A stretch of 64,000 bases of DNA from Nitrospirota bacterium (GCA_963751455.1 CAVVUN010000003.1:1-64000), one strand, 5' to 3'. Numbered from the stretch's first letter, positions 21,907 through 33,385 are shown. A program made the numbers and translations. The notes: generated by a model from the sequence alone, not told the origin.

Positions 21907-23493
21907 TCAGCTTCTCGTTAATACAGGATTAACTGCCTCCTCGAAATGAGGAACCGTGATTTTATGTTTCGCTCCCCGTTTCGTGGGTTCTCCGGTCCCT
22001 CGCGCAACCACGTCGTGCCCAATCACCTTAAAAAACGATATGGTCCCTTGAAGCTGCTCGGCCTGCGAAGAGAGTTCTTCGGCGGTCGAGGACATCTCTT
22101 CCGCCGCGCCGGCGTTCTGCTGGATAACGCGATTCAGCTGCTGGATCGCCGAATTAATCTGATCTGCGCCGGATGTCTGCTCCTTACTGGCGGCACTGAT
22201 CTCCTGCACCAGCTCAGCGGTTTTCTGTATGTCAGGTACCAGCCGGGCAAGCATCTGGCCGGCCCTCTCCGCGACCTCGACACTGGATACCGACAGATGA
22301 CTTATTTCCGCGGCAGCCGCCTGACTGCGTTCCGCAAGTTTGCGCACCTCGGAAGCCACGACCGCAAAGCCCTTGCCATGCTCTCCTGCCCGTGCAGCTT
22401 CAATGGCGGCATTCAGGGCGAGAAGATTCGTCTGGCGGGCAATTTCTTCGATGATCGATATCCTGGCCGCAATCTCCTTCATGGCTCCGACCGTCTCCAT
22501 GACTGCTTTTCCGCTATCACGGGCGTCTGCGGCCGACTTTAGCGCAATTTTTTCTGTCTGCTGGGCATTGTCTGAATTTTGCCGGATGGTTCCGCTCATC
22601 TGCTCGATGGACGATGACGCCTCCTCTGCAGAGGTCGCCTGTTCCGTGGTTCCCTGCGACATCTGCTCGGCCCCGCCCGACAGCTGCCGGCTGCCGGAAG
22701 CGACGCCGTCGGACGCAGACTTCACGTCAGCTACGACCCCTTTCAGGTTTTCAACCATGTTTTTCGTTGCCCGGAGCAGCTCCCCGGTTTCATCCGTGTT
22801 CTCGTTTTCCTTGATATCCACGGTCAGATCTCCCGTCGCAACGTTTCGCAGCGTGCTCAATGCCTTCTGTATTGGGTTTGTGATGCTTCTGACAAAGACG
22901 ATGCCGCCGAAAACACCGAAAAGGATAATTAGGGACGTAAGCGCGATGGAAATATATTTTGCCCTGGTCTGGACCTTTATCAGGATCTTATGCGTAAGCT
23001 CTTCGTCTTTTTTGAGAATGTCCTTCATGGACAACAGATACCCGTTCACGGTGTTTACCGCAGGAACGGTCTCGTTTGTGAAAATGGTATGGGCATCATC
23101 GATCCTGCCTTCCGCGTAGGCGGCGATTATTTTTTCGGCAGTCCGGTGCTGCGTTCGATGCGGCTCAACAAGTGCTTTGAACGGTACCGCGAGTTCCTCC
23201 GAATAGGGCTTATAGGTTGCGAGCCATTTTCCCAGGCTGCATTCATCGGGATCGATCTTCCCTTCGAACTCTCTCCCCTGGATAAACAGCTGGGACGAAA
23301 GACCGTCCATCCATCTGAAGTGATCGACGATCAACTGCGAGAGAAAACCGTTCACCCTTCTCATTTCCTGGTTTTTTTCCATGGCATTCTGCACCTGGAG
23401 CGATGCGGAAAAAATGATGAGGCCCATGACAAGAACCAGAAAAAGCAGAATGCCCAGCCCGGCTCCCAGTTTTCTTCCGATGGTCATGTTCAT
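21907..23493 (-). CDS. Methyl-accepting chemotaxis protein: TM-CZB-like-TM-HAMP-MA
   Basis: DHFRW..ECSLGKW..PHRTQH between two hydrophobic helices; [27 protein letters not shown] tip. Confidence 0.93.
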   Translation of the reverse strand: MNMTIGRKLGAGLGILLFLVLVMGLIIFSASLQVQNAMEKNQEMRRVNGFLSQLIVDHFRWMDGLSSQLFIQGREFEGKIDPDECSLGKWLATYKPYSEELAVPFKALVEPHRTQHRTAEKIIAAYAEGRIDDAHTIFTNETVPAVNTVNGYLLSMKDILKKDEELTHKILIKVQTRAKYISIALTSLIILFGVFGGIVFVRSITNPIQKALSTLRNVATGDLTVDIKENENTDETGELLRATKNMVENLKGVVADVKSASDGVASGSRQLSGGAEQMSQGTTEQATSAEEASSSIEQMSGTIRQNSDNAQQTEKIALKSAADARDSGKAVMETVGAMKEIAARISIIEEIARQTNLLALNAAIEAARAGEHGKGFAVVASEVRKLAERSQAAAAEISHLSVSSVEVAERAGQMLARLVPDIQKTAELVQEISAASKEQTSGADQINSAIQQLNRVIQQNAGAAEEMSSTAEELSSQAEQLQGTISFFKVIGHDVVARGTGEPTKRGAKHKITVPHFEEAVNPVLTRS

Positions 23494-23538
23494 TATAGTT
23501 CCCCTTGAAAGGGCCCCTTTCGTGGCCGCACCCTGCTG

Positions 23539-24405
23539 TTAAAATGAACCCGCTGCCTTTGCCGCATGACGGAGGGTGTCATACTCGTTGTCGGAAACCG
23601 ATGCAAAACCGGTCAAATTCGGGGCAACCAGAATGCGCGCCATCTCCGGATCATCCGTCTTGAGCTTCAGCAGGGCCGCTTTAATTTTTGCCGCAACCGC
23701 CTTATCGGTCTTGAGTGCTACGAAGATCGGCCAGTTCGGAATGTACTCGGTGTAGGCGACAGTTTTCAACTGCGTTATATCGATTTTGTTTTTCATTTTC
23801 TCCAGGTCCTCTTCCCGAAGGCACCCGGCATCCGCCTCTTTATTGAACACGGCAGCTACGACTTTGTCCCCTTTTCCTGCAAAGGGAAGCAGGGTAATGT
23901 CCTTTTTAAAGTCGACTCCCGAATTCGAAATGAGAACTCTCTGGAACATATACGCAGCCGGGGAATCTTCGTTCATTGCGACCAGCTTTTTCCCTTTGAG
24001 ATCTTGAATTTTTTGAATTCCGCTATCGTTCCTGGCGAATATTATTCCCCTGAACTTTCTTCCCGCCTTCGGTTCAACCTGGAGCACAAGAGGAGTGATG
24101 TTTACTTCCTTCTTCAGCTGAATATAAATAAGCGGATTTGCAAAGGCCATGTCGAATTGTCCCTTCTTAACGCCTTCCTTGAAGGCGTCGAAGTCCTTCG
24201 GGATCATGATGCTCACTTTCTCGCCCGTCTCTTTGGAAAGATACTCGGCAAGCGGCTTGAACATGCCGTACAGCACTTCGGAGCTTAATCGCGGCAGGAT
24301 TCCAAACTTGATCTCAGCATAAGCGACATCCGGCCGGCAGACGGCAACTGCAACAACGGAGAGCACTACAAATAGAATTAAATTCAATGTACGTTTGTGC
24401 ATCAC
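23539..24405 (-). CDS. PhnD-family periplasmic substrate-binding protein between two MCP genes
   Basis: Signal peptide ending ..VAYA; FRGIIFARNDSGI..DLKGKK, SPAAY, V..KEADAG. Confidence 0.82.
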   Translation of the reverse strand: MMHKRTLNLILFVVLSVVAVAVCRPDVAYAEIKFGILPRLSSEVLYGMFKPLAEYLSKETGEKVSIMIPKDFDAFKEGVKKGQFDMAFANPLIYIQLKKEVNITPLVLQVEPKAGRKFRGIIFARNDSGIQKIQDLKGKKLVAMNEDSPAAYMFQRVLISNSGVDFKKDITLLPFAGKGDKVVAAVFNKEADAGCLREEDLEKMKNKIDITQLKTVAYTEYIPNWPIFVALKTDKAVAAKIKAALLKLKTDDPEMARILVAPNLTGFASVSDNEYDTLRHAAKAAGSF

Positions 24406-24532
24406 GATCCTCCCTTGGCAGCAAAAATGCTTTTTGATCCGTCATTTCATTCAGACCGTATTGTGCTGAAATGCCGAGGCGAGATTCGCCATAGTTCGCT
24501 TCGCTACCTTTAATCCTTCATCCTCCGGCTTT

Positions 24533-26326
24533 TCAGAATTTTTCAAACTCCGCGTCCTGTCCATTTCCCTTTACTTTAAAAGCGTGCTCCATGTTCAGAA
24601 CGACCCCTGCCCGCTTGAAACCGCTCGCTGCCGCTGCAACCGGTTCTTTAGTCTCTTTGCCCCTTCTGTGTTGCAGAACCACAGGTCGCAGCGTTTTGAC
24701 CGGATTTATTGCTGCCTCACGCTGCGGTTCAATGCCTTCAATCTTGAAGTACGCAATGGCTCCCGACAGCTGTTCCGCCTGTGAGGAGAGTTCCTCCGCG
24801 GTCGAGGCCATTTCCTCGGCTGCTCCGGCGTTCTGCTGGATCACCTGGTTCAGCTCCTGGATGGCTGCATTGATCTGGTCGGCGCCCGAATTCTGCTCTT
24901 TGCTTGCCGCAGATATTTCCTGCACGAGTTCGGACGTTTTCTGAATGTCGGGAACGAGCTTGGTCAGCATTGCCCCGGCCTTCTCAGCGATATCCACGCT
25001 CGATATTGACAACTGGCTGATCTCGCCTGCAGCTGACTGGCTCCGCTCCGCAAGCTTCCTGACCTCAGAGGCAACGACCGCGAAACCCTTGCCGTGCTCT
25101 CCGGCCCGTGCGGCCTCGATGGCTGCATTGAGCGCGAGCAAATTGGTCTGGCGCGCGATCTCCTCAATGATCGAAATTTTTCCGGCTATCTCTTTCATTG
25201 CTCCAACAGCCTTAAATACTGCATCCCCGCTCTCTTCAGCGTCTGCTGCGGATTTGAGGGCCAGTTTTTCCGTTTGCTGCGCGTTGTCCGCATTCTGACG
25301 TATTGTTGCGCTCATCTCCTCTACTGAGGAGGATGCCTCTTCCGCCGATGCAGCCTGCTCCGTTGTTCCCTGCGAAAGCTGCTCGGAACCGGAGGAAAGC
25401 TGCGCACTGCCCGAGGCGACGTTATCCGCTGCGCCCCTCACCTCGGTAACGATTTCGCCCAGCTTATTGATCATGCTTTGGAGAGAGTTGCCGAGGACAT
25501 CCTTTTCTGAAAGAATTTTTACCTTGCACGTTAAATCGCCGCGCGCGATCATATCAGCGGTATGTGCGAGCCCGGCGAGGCCTTCTTCCATCTTTTTCAT
25601 CGCGGACAACAGCTCTGCAATTTCATCGTCGGTCGTCACCTCCCCGATGTGCGCGGTCAAGTCCCCGTCGGCGATGCTTTTAACGACGCCCAGGGCGCGG
25701 CGCACCGGGTTCGTGATGCTCTTGACAAAGAAAATTCCGCTGATCACGCCGAACATAATAAGCGAGATAGTAAGAGCAACGGTAATTAATTTCGCCCTTG
25801 CCTGCACTGCGTTGAGTTCTTTGTGCGCCGCTTCTTCGTCCCGTTTCAGAGTTTCTTTCAGCTTTGCCAGGTGCTCCTGCACGGAGCTGACCGCGGGGGT
25901 CGTTTCCTGGATAAATATCCTGTGTGCCTCTTGCGTGTTCTTCTGTTTGTAAGCTGACAGTATTCTTTCCGCCGAATCGTGCAGTTTTTTATGCGGTTCG
26001 ATCATGGCATGAAACGGCGCTGCTATATCATCGGAGTACGGTTTAAAAGTACCAATCCATTTGCCGAGATTACATTCTTCCGGATTAAGTTTGCCGGTAA
26101 ACTCCTTTCCCTGGATAAACAGTCCGGATGAAAGCCCGTCCATCCATTTAAAATGGTCCACTATGCGCGCAGTCATCAGCCCGCTTATCTCCCGTATCTG
26201 CTGATTTTTTTCTACTGCCTTCTGGACTTTGCCGGCAGCCTGGAAAAAGAGCGCCCCCATAATGAGTACCATGAGGAGCATAACACTTAAACCAAGCGCC
26301 ATTTTCCTTCCTATCGTCAGCTTCAT
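24533..26326 (-). CDS. Methyl-accepting chemotaxis protein: TM-CZB-like-TM-2xHAMP-MA with C-terminal EFEKF
   Basis: DHFKW..ECNLGKW..PHKKLH; MA signature; ends DAEFEKF. Confidence 0.93.
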   Translation of the reverse strand: MKLTIGRKMALGLSVMLLMVLIMGALFFQAAGKVQKAVEKNQQIREISGLMTARIVDHFKWMDGLSSGLFIQGKEFTGKLNPEECNLGKWIGTFKPYSDDIAAPFHAMIEPHKKLHDSAERILSAYKQKNTQEAHRIFIQETTPAVSSVQEHLAKLKETLKRDEEAAHKELNAVQARAKLITVALTISLIMFGVISGIFFVKSITNPVRRALGVVKSIADGDLTAHIGEVTTDDEIAELLSAMKKMEEGLAGLAHTADMIARGDLTCKVKILSEKDVLGNSLQSMINKLGEIVTEVRGAADNVASGSAQLSSGSEQLSQGTTEQAASAEEASSSVEEMSATIRQNADNAQQTEKLALKSAADAEESGDAVFKAVGAMKEIAGKISIIEEIARQTNLLALNAAIEAARAGEHGKGFAVVASEVRKLAERSQSAAGEISQLSISSVDIAEKAGAMLTKLVPDIQKTSELVQEISAASKEQNSGADQINAAIQELNQVIQQNAGAAEEMASTAEELSSQAEQLSGAIAYFKIEGIEPQREAAINPVKTLRPVVLQHRRGKETKEPVAAAASGFKRAGVVLNMEHAFKVKGNGQDAEFEKF

Positions 26327-26379
26327 GATTATCCTCCTTTTTCTTCAGCGCAGCCGTGATCTTCGTATCCCCGCGCTGA

Positions 26380-26892
26380 CTACGCGTCAGAGCGGGCATC
26401 TCCCGTCTCGGTCTGCTGTTCCTGGACAAGGGCGAGTTCATCCGTGGAGAACACCTTGTCGATGTCCAGGATGATGATAAACCTGCTGTCCCGCTTTCCC
26501 ATGCCCTTGATGAAATCTGTATTCAACCGGGTCCCGATTTTCGGCGCGGACTCGATATGGCCCGGCTCCAGGTCCAGCACTTCCTGCACCGAATCCGCCA
26601 GAGCGCCGAGGATCGTCGTCTCATTGTCTACCGTAACTTCCGCGATGATGATACAGGTATTTACCGTCTTTTCGGTCCTGCTGAGGCCGAACTTGAGCCT
26701 CAGATCGACAACCGGGACCACGCTGCCCCGCAGATTTATCACGCCCCGCATGAACTCCGGGGTTTTAGGCACCTTGGTGATCGCGGTGAAGTCGAGCACT
26801 TCGCGCACCTTCGAGATATCGAGCGCGAAGACCTCGTCATCGAGCTTAAACGTGAGATATTGAGTCGTTTCAATAATGCCTGCAGTAGTCAT
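26380..26892 (-). CDS. cheW: Chemotaxis adaptor CheW
   Basis: YLTFKL, GVINLRGSVVPVVDL. Confidence 0.97.
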   Translation of the reverse strand: MTTAGIIETTQYLTFKLDDEVFALDISKVREVLDFTAITKVPKTPEFMRGVINLRGSVVPVVDLRLKFGLSRTEKTVNTCIIIAEVTVDNETTILGALADSVQEVLDLEPGHIESAPKIGTRLNTDFIKGMGKRDSRFIIILDIDKVFSTDELALVQEQQTETGDARSDA

Positions 26893-27003
26893 GGTTACCT
26901 CCTTAAATTTATGCCAGTGGCGGCGGATAACCGCTCATCGAAGCTTGCTCGGTCGATGGACGATTATGCTTCCCTCTTCCTTTTCCCTCGTTCATCGATC
27001 TTT

Positions 27004-28707
27004 TCAAAATTTTTCGAACTCACTGTCCCGGTGGTCGCCGTTTCCTTTTCCGTCGTGTCCCATTTTCAGGGCGACCCCGCTGGCAACCTGGGACGCTGCA
27101 TGAACAGCCTTGGCCTTGGGTCCGAAATGCGCGATGTTGAGCTTATGGGTTGCGCCGGAATGATTCATAGGCATTGACTGCCATATGCGGCCTTCGCGTT
27201 CCTCGACCTTGAAGAACGCCACTGTTCCCTGGAGCTGCTGCGCCTGGGAAGAAAGCTCTTCTGCTGTCGACGCCATCTCTTCCGCGGCGCCCGCATTCTG
27301 CTGGATCACCTGGTTCAGTTCCTGGATCGCGGCGTTGATCTGGTCGGCTCCGGACGTCTGTTCCTTGCTTGCCGCGCTGATCTCCTGCACAAGCTCGGCC
27401 GTCTTCTGGATATCCGGAACGAGCTTGGCCAGCATTTGGCCGGCCTTCTCAGCCACTTCAACACTCGACGAAGACAACTCGCTGATCTCGCCCGCCGCTG
27501 TCTGGCTCCTCTCTGCAAGCTTTCTGACCTCCGCGGCCACGACCGCGAAGCCCTTCCCGTGCTCGCCGGCCCGGGCCGCTTCGATGGCGGCATTGAGCGC
27601 AAGCAGATTCGTCTGACGGGCAATCTCTTCGATAATCGAGATTTTGCCGGCAATCTCCTTCATCGCCCCCACGGTTTCGGTCACCGCCTTGCCGCTTTCA
27701 GTCGCGTCCGTGGCGGATTTAAGCGCTATCTTTTCGGTCTGAAGGGCATTGTCCGCGTTCTGCCTGATCGTTGCGTTCATCTCCTCCACGGATGACGAAG
27801 CTTCCTCTGCCGAAGCCGCCTGTTCTGTTGTTCCCTGGGACATTTGCTCGGAACCTGACGACAGCTGCTGACTGCCCGATGCCACGTTGTCCGCCGCGGA
27901 TTTGACGTCGGCCACTACCAGCTTGAGCCGCTCCACCATGTTCTTCATCGCGGACAGCAGCTGCCCGGTCTCGTCTTTCCGATCAACTATCATATCAATA
28001 GTCAGATCGCCTTTTGAAAGTTTCTCCGATACACCCATCGCCTCGCGGAGCGGGGCGACAATGCTGCGGGTAATGATGATCCCGATCACGAGGCTCAATG
28101 CCAGGGCAACAAGCATGATCGTGATTACAATCGCTATGCTGCTCGAAGCATACTTGACGACATTCTCCTCCTCCTTATGCATTTCGTCGTAACCCTTGGT
28201 GGCGCCATCCTTGGCCGCCTGCTCCATTTTATGGGCCTCGTCCTTGACCTCTCCTACCATCGCGTTTGCCTGCTGCGTTGTTGTGATCTCGCCGCTCCTG
28301 ATCTTTTCATGGACACTGTGCACACCGGCAACGTACGGGTCCAAACTGGCCCTCAGGACACTCGCTGTTTCCTGCGCATAGTCAAGCGCTTTGACCTTCG
28401 CGATATCATCAATCCGCTTTTTTACGCTTTCTACCTCTTCCTTCCATTCTGCATAATATTTTTCCACCTTGTCCGCTGAATCGATATTAATAAACATGTC
28501 TTTTTCAAACCGCCGGAGTCCGAGCACGTTTGCCCTCGCCCTTCCCGCATGCTCGGCAAAAACTCCTTCCTCCTCGAGCATGTGAAGCGCAGTTTTCTGA
28601 AGCGATGTTACGCCCCAGTACCCGGCAATGCCGACAATCAGCAACAGAACCAGAATACTCCCAAATCCAAGCCCCAGCCGTAATCCAATCCTCATATCTT
28701 TAAACAT
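27004..28707 (-). CDS. Methyl-accepting chemotaxis protein with a four-helix-bundle sensor and C-terminal EFEKF
   Basis: RRFEKDMF sensor motif, HAMP DETGQL, MA signature, ends DSEFEKF. Confidence 0.94.
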   Translation of the reverse strand: MFKDMRIGLRLGLGFGSILVLLLIVGIAGYWGVTSLQKTALHMLEEEGVFAEHAGRARANVLGLRRFEKDMFINIDSADKVEKYYAEWKEEVESVKKRIDDIAKVKALDYAQETASVLRASLDPYVAGVHSVHEKIRSGEITTTQQANAMVGEVKDEAHKMEQAAKDGATKGYDEMHKEEENVVKYASSSIAIVITIMLVALALSLVIGIIITRSIVAPLREAMGVSEKLSKGDLTIDMIVDRKDETGQLLSAMKNMVERLKLVVADVKSAADNVASGSQQLSSGSEQMSQGTTEQAASAEEASSSVEEMNATIRQNADNALQTEKIALKSATDATESGKAVTETVGAMKEIAGKISIIEEIARQTNLLALNAAIEAARAGEHGKGFAVVAAEVRKLAERSQTAAGEISELSSSSVEVAEKAGQMLAKLVPDIQKTAELVQEISAASKEQTSGADQINAAIQELNQVIQQNAGAAEEMASTAEELSSQAQQLQGTVAFFKVEEREGRIWQSMPMNHSGATHKLNIAHFGPKAKAVHAASQVASGVALKMGHDGKGNGDHRDSEFEKF

Positions 28708-28785
28708 TGTGCTGCCTCCTCAGTAAGATGTTTATTATTGTTTCGGTTTCTTTGAAAACCGTATTTAGTTAATATTTGAAGTTTC

Positions 28786-30909
28786 TCAAGAAGCAACCGT
28801 CTCTTCCTTCTCTGCCTGGGAGATCAGGTTCGGGAGGTCGAGGATCAGGGCAACGGTGCCGTCGCCCAGGATCGTGGCCCCGGATATCCCTTCCACGTCC
28901 TTATAAAATTTTCCAAGCGATTTAAGCACGGTCTGATGCTGGCCGATCACGGTATCCACGGCGAACCCGACGCGTCGGCCTTCTTCTCTAACGATCACGA
29001 TCTGTTCGATTGCCGGGGTATTCCCTGCCATGACGAACTGTTCCCGAAGCCGGATAAACGGAACGATATGACCTCGTACGTTGACGAGGCGCCTCCCGTT
29101 CGCTTTAGCCGCTTGTTCACGGGTCAATTCGATGCATTCCTCAACCGAAGAGAGCGGGAAGATGAAATGCTCCTCTCCTGTTTTCGTAAGAAAGCCGTCA
29201 ATAATCGCAAGGGTAAGCGGAAGTTTGAGCGTAATCGTCGTCCCGGTGCCGCGAATGCTGGCGATCTCGATTGTCCCGCGAAGAGCATCGATTGCCTTTT
29301 TGACCACATCAAGACCCACGCCGCGTCCGGACATGCTCGTTACCTTCCGGGCAGTTGAAAAATCGGGCATGAGGACAAGCGAAAAAAGCTCTTTCTCTGA
29401 GAGTTCTGCATTAGGTTCGATCAGTCCTTTTTCAAGGGCCCTGGCCCGGATGGCCTCCGCATCCATTCCTGCCCCGTCGTCCGTTATTTCAATCAGCACA
29501 TGCGCACCCGAATGGGCCGCTGAAAGATGAATAATACCTTGCCGCGGTTTCCCCGCTGCTTCGCGTACAGCCGGCAGTTCAATCCCGTGGTCCATGCTGT
29601 TGCGGATGAGATGAACGAGCGGATCGTTCAGACGTTCAATGACTGTTTTGTCCAGTTCGGTGTCGGCGCCCTCCGTCCTCAACTCGATCTCTTTCCCGAG
29701 TTCTGCGGAAAGATCCCGGACCACACGTTTGAACTTGCTGAAGGTAGTGCCGATCGGCAGCATCCGGATGCTCATGGTGTTGTCGCGCAGTTCGGCGATC
29801 AGCCTCTCCACTTCTTCGGCTATGGACATGAACTGCGGAACCCCGTGGAGAAGCGCTGTCTGGCTAAGCCGGGCCTGCACGGTCACCAGTTCACCGACCA
29901 GGTTCACGAGCTTGTCCAGCCGGTCCGTCCCGACACGAATACTTGAGACCGTTTCCGGTCCCTTCCGGAGCTCATGAAGCTCCCGGATATGCTGCTGCTC
30001 AACCAGTGCCGAGGCTATTTTGTGTCCGCTCACGATGCCGCTCTCGACAAGCATCTCTCCCATCAGTTTTTTTGATTTCAGCGCCTTTTGGAGTTCCTCA
30101 GCCGTGACATCCCCGCGCTCCAGCAATATCTCGCCGAGCTTCTTATAGGTGGTTTCATCATCGATAGAGCATTCTTCGGCTATCACGTTTATGCTGACCT
30201 CACTGCTGTCCTTGATGAAAATGAAGATGTCCCGGATGGCATCCATGCCGAGCTTTGTGGTAAGAATCATGTCCCAGAAGGTATAGCATTCATCGACAGC
30301 GTAATCCTCTAAATACGGGATTGCCTCAGTCTGTGCCACGACGTGGCAATGGCCGAGTTTGCGAAGCTGATTGATCAGCGGCAGGGGGTCGGTGCCTGCC
30401 ATAAAAACGTTCTTCGCCGGGCGGAACCTGATCCGGTACGTCATGAATTTTCCCGGTGCTTCTTTTTTCAGTGCTGACGGGGCCTGCGGAAAAGACGGAT
30501 TGCTTGTCTTTTTTTGCGGGCGCTCGGGCAGCAGTTTTTTCAGTGCGGCTGTTATTTCCTCTCCATTCGATTCATTCGGGATTTCACCTTTATAATATGA
30601 ATCGAACATGTTTTTGATATGATCACGCGCCCGGAGCGCAAGGTCTATGATTTCCCTGGTTGCCGCTATTTTACCCTTTCGCACCATATCGAAAGCAGTT
30701 TCCAGTTCATGGGTAAAAGCAGCTACCGCAAGAAAATCACAGGTTGCGCCGGACCCCTTGATCGTGTGCATGCTTCGGAACACCCTGCTGATCTGCTCCA
30801 TGTCTCCGGGGTTGTGCTCGAGCTCGAGCAGTCCTGCCTCCATCTCAGCAAGCAGTTCGTACGCCTCTTCCCTGAAGGTCTCTCTCAGTTTGGCTATGAT
30901 CTCTTCCAT
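28786..30909 (-). CDS. cheA: Chemotaxis histidine kinase CheA
   Basis: HPt HTIKG, DPLVHLIRNSMDHG, SGRGVGLDVV, CheW-like C-terminus. Confidence 0.97.
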   Translation of the reverse strand: MEEIIAKLRETFREEAYELLAEMEAGLLELEHNPGDMEQISRVFRSMHTIKGSGATCDFLAVAAFTHELETAFDMVRKGKIAATREIIDLALRARDHIKNMFDSYYKGEIPNESNGEEITAALKKLLPERPQKKTSNPSFPQAPSALKKEAPGKFMTYRIRFRPAKNVFMAGTDPLPLINQLRKLGHCHVVAQTEAIPYLEDYAVDECYTFWDMILTTKLGMDAIRDIFIFIKDSSEVSINVIAEECSIDDETTYKKLGEILLERGDVTAEELQKALKSKKLMGEMLVESGIVSGHKIASALVEQQHIRELHELRKGPETVSSIRVGTDRLDKLVNLVGELVTVQARLSQTALLHGVPQFMSIAEEVERLIAELRDNTMSIRMLPIGTTFSKFKRVVRDLSAELGKEIELRTEGADTELDKTVIERLNDPLVHLIRNSMDHGIELPAVREAAGKPRQGIIHLSAAHSGAHVLIEITDDGAGMDAEAIRARALEKGLIEPNAELSEKELFSLVLMPDFSTARKVTSMSGRGVGLDVVKKAIDALRGTIEIASIRGTGTTITLKLPLTLAIIDGFLTKTGEEHFIFPLSSVEECIELTREQAAKANGRRLVNVRGHIVPFIRLREQFVMAGNTPAIEQIVIVREEGRRVGFAVDTVIGQHQTVLKSLGKFYKDVEGISGATILGDGTVALILDLPNLISQAEKEETVAS

Positions 30910-30916
30910 GGTTTTA

Positions 30917-31291
30917 TTACCTCTCGCTTCCAGTGTTCATAATGGAGCAGCCGGACCTGGCATTCCAAAGACAGCTATGATCCATATCGCGATGGCATCC
31001 GCTATAGCGGGCATAGCCCGCATCTTCGACGCATTGCTTGAATAGTTCAGGCCAAGTACCTGAAAAAGCAAGACGTTTGTTCATGCGGGCAGCGGAGCGA
31101 TGGGCGGAGCAAAGCAATTGAAGACACGAAAGATCAACACGTGTTAAAGAGTCGAATGCCAAACTCACACTGCCGTTATCGATAAGTGCTTTTATCAATG
31201 CCGACCGCATTTCATCTGCATTTTCGAGAGTAACATCCCCGGAAAGCGTTAATATCGCTTCTTCACCTGATCGTTTTAATGTGATTGCCAT
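30917..31291 (-). CDS. STAS-domain protein of the chemotaxis operon
   Basis: LSGDVT..VDLSCLQLLCSAHR; directly upstream of cheA. Confidence 0.85.
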   Translation of the reverse strand: MAITLKRSGEEAILTLSGDVTLENADEMRSALIKALIDNGSVSLAFDSLTRVDLSCLQLLCSAHRSAARMNKRLAFSGTWPELFKQCVEDAGYARYSGCHRDMDHSCLWNARSGCSIMNTGSER

Positions 31292-31337
31292 ACGAGTTCC
31301 TCTTTCTTAAGTATTTAATGAAAGTAAACTACAATTT

Positions 31338-31353
31338 TGCAATTTCTATACCG
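31338..31353 (-). promoter_or_regulatory. Putative sigma54 -24/-12 promoter for STAS-cheA
   Basis: Minus strand CGGTAT-AGAAA-TTGCA (GG-N10-GC). Confidence 0.55.
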
Positions 31354-31510
31354 ATTGTTGTTTTTTTTGTGTTTATATATCAGTGGTTTAAAATCTGCAC
31401 AATTACTTATAATCGTCAATTTTTTGCCCGCAAAATACGAATCGCAATATAATGATATTTCCGGGTCTAAGGCAATCTGTACTTTTCGCGCGATGAATAG
31501 GACTAAGGCC

Positions 31511-31879
31511 CTATATTCTCAGGAATTTTTTAACAACAGCCAGGAGCTGCTCCGAAGTGAAAGGCTTGACTATCCAGCCGCTGGCGCCGGCCTTCTTACC
31601 TTCCTGTTTTTTATCTTCCTGGGACTCTGTAGTCAGCATTATGATCGGAATGTATTTTGATTCAGGCATCGTGCGGATCTTTTTAATCAGCTCAAGGCCA
31701 TCCATTCCTGGCATGTTCAAGTCGGTAATAACCATATCTACCCTTTTGTGAGCCAGTTCAGCCATTGCTTCCATCCCGTCTTTCGCTTCAAAAACGTTAC
31801 AATCTGCGCTTTTTAGTGCAAATGAAACAAGTTGCCGTATGGAGGCAGAATCATCTATGACAAGAAGTGAAATCGGCAT
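31511..31879 (-). CDS. cheY: Chemotaxis response regulator CheY
   Basis: IDDS, ITDLNMPGMDG, MLTTES, GWIVKPF. Confidence 0.92.
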   Translation of the reverse strand: MPISLLVIDDSASIRQLVSFALKSADCNVFEAKDGMEAMAELAHKRVDMVITDLNMPGMDGLELIKKIRTMPESKYIPIIMLTTESQEDKKQEGKKAGASGWIVKPFTSEQLLAVVKKFLRI

Positions 31880-31912
31880 TGGAAAATGTACCCCCTCGAG
31901 TGAGTCGTACCA

Positions 31913-31960
31913 TATATACTCTTTTGCCTTAGCCGGTATATACTCTTTTGCCTTAGCCGG
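31913..31960. repeat. Perfect 24-bp tandem duplication
   Basis: tatatactcttttgccttagccgg x2. Confidence 0.95.
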
Positions 31961-32177
31961 TTGAGATTAAATCGATTGAATAAATATTTCTAAATCTTTA
32001 GATGCAGATTTTATACCCCGTAGTTTCCGATCAAAATCGTCAAAAAAACAGCAAACTGAAATATAGTGCTGCTTATTTTTGTGTACAGAAAGCGACATTT
32101 CGACGGTTTTTTGACTTCTCTTGCTTTTAAATTGTAAAGATGCTAAGTTTTCATGTACAATTTCTTTGAGAAATCCA

Positions 32178-33317
32178 ATGATTAAGAGAGTAAACATAAA
32201 AACGCTAAGCAGGCCGGGTCTCGAGAAACTATTGGTCGAAAGCGGCTTAAAAAAATATCGCGCTTCCCAGGTATTCGAGTGGATCTACAATCGATATGCA
32301 GTGTCTTTTGAGGAAATGACCAACATTGCCCTGAATGATCGCATGTTTCTTGCTGATCACTTCTCCATCCCAATCTTTAAGATTTTAAAAACCGAGCGGT
32401 CCGTAGACAACACCGAAAAATTCCTTTTTGAACTCGAAGATGGGCACTCTATCGAGAGCGTGCTGATTCCCGATGAAGACCGCAACACGCTTTGCATCTC
32501 ATCACAAGTAGGCTGCGCGCAAGCGTGCAGGTTCTGCCTTACCGGGAGCGGCGGATTCCGGAGAAACCTCGAAGCATTTGAAATCGCAGAACAGGTGCTG
32601 ACCGTTGAAAAAATCCTTGCTGCGAAATGCGCGGCCATTCAAAAAGAGGAAACAGCGGGCGTGCCGAATGCGCAGAAGAAAGGTTACGATCGGGAAGAAC
32701 CATGCAGGCACATCACGAACATAGTCCTGATGGGTATGGGTGAGCCGCTGGCGAACCTGGATAATGTATTGTCGGCGCTTGAAATAATCACCACTGAGAA
32801 AGGTCTGGGATTTTCGCCGAGGAGAGTAACGCTCTCCACCGACGGACTCGTGCCAGAAATCGAGAAGCTCGGAAAATCGGGCGTTAAAGTGAACCTCGCG
32901 GTTTCGCTCAATGCGACGAGCGACGAGGTGAGGGACAGGATCATGCCGGTTAATAAGCGGTACCCGATCAAGGAACTCCTCGCTGCCTGTAGACGGTTTC
33001 CGCTTGAACCGAGAAGGCGCATAACGTTCGAATACGTACTGCTGCGGGGAGTAAATGATTCTGAAGAGGATGCGAGGCGTCTGGCGAGGCTGCTCAAGGG
33101 GATCAAGTGCAAGGTGAACCTTATCCCGTTTAATCCGTTTCCCGGCTCCGGATTCGGGAGACCGGACGAGGCAACAGTGCGCAAATTTCAGAAACTACTT
33201 CTTGATCATCATTACACCGCGCCGGTCAGGGAATCCCGGGGCAGGGACATCTCCGCGGCCTGCGGCCAGTTGCGCGAAAAGGTATCTTCAGGCTTTGTTT
33301 TAACTGCTTCCTCTTGA
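32178..33317 (+). CDS. rlmN: 23S rRNA/tRNA m2A radical-SAM methyltransferase
   Basis: CISSQVGCAQACRFC, MGMGEP, NLIPFN, RGRDISAACGQL. Confidence 0.96.
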   Translation: MIKRVNIKTLSRPGLEKLLVESGLKKYRASQVFEWIYNRYAVSFEEMTNIALNDRMFLADHFSIPIFKILKTERSVDNTEKFLFELEDGHSIESVLIPDEDRNTLCISSQVGCAQACRFCLTGSGGFRRNLEAFEIAEQVLTVEKILAAKCAAIQKEETAGVPNAQKKGYDREEPCRHITNIVLMGMGEPLANLDNVLSALEIITTEKGLGFSPRRVTLSTDGLVPEIEKLGKSGVKVNLAVSLNATSDEVRDRIMPVNKRYPIKELLAACRRFPLEPRRRITFEYVLLRGVNDSEEDARRLARLLKGIKCKVNLIPFNPFPGSGFGRPDEATVRKFQKLLLDHHYTAPVRESRGRDISAACGQLREKVSSGFVLTASS

Positions 33318-33385
33318 GCAGTTTCACAGCATGGCTTGCCGGATTGATATTCTCTTCCGTTTCCTCCATCAAAAAACAAACCGCT

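Noticed and set aside
22050-27900. Long near-identical DNA repeats
   Set aside because: Explained by the conserved signalling domains of three paralogous MCPs
31913-31960. CRISPR array
   Set aside because: Two adjacent units with no spacer and no cas genes; no repeat-spacer array was seen anywhere in the window
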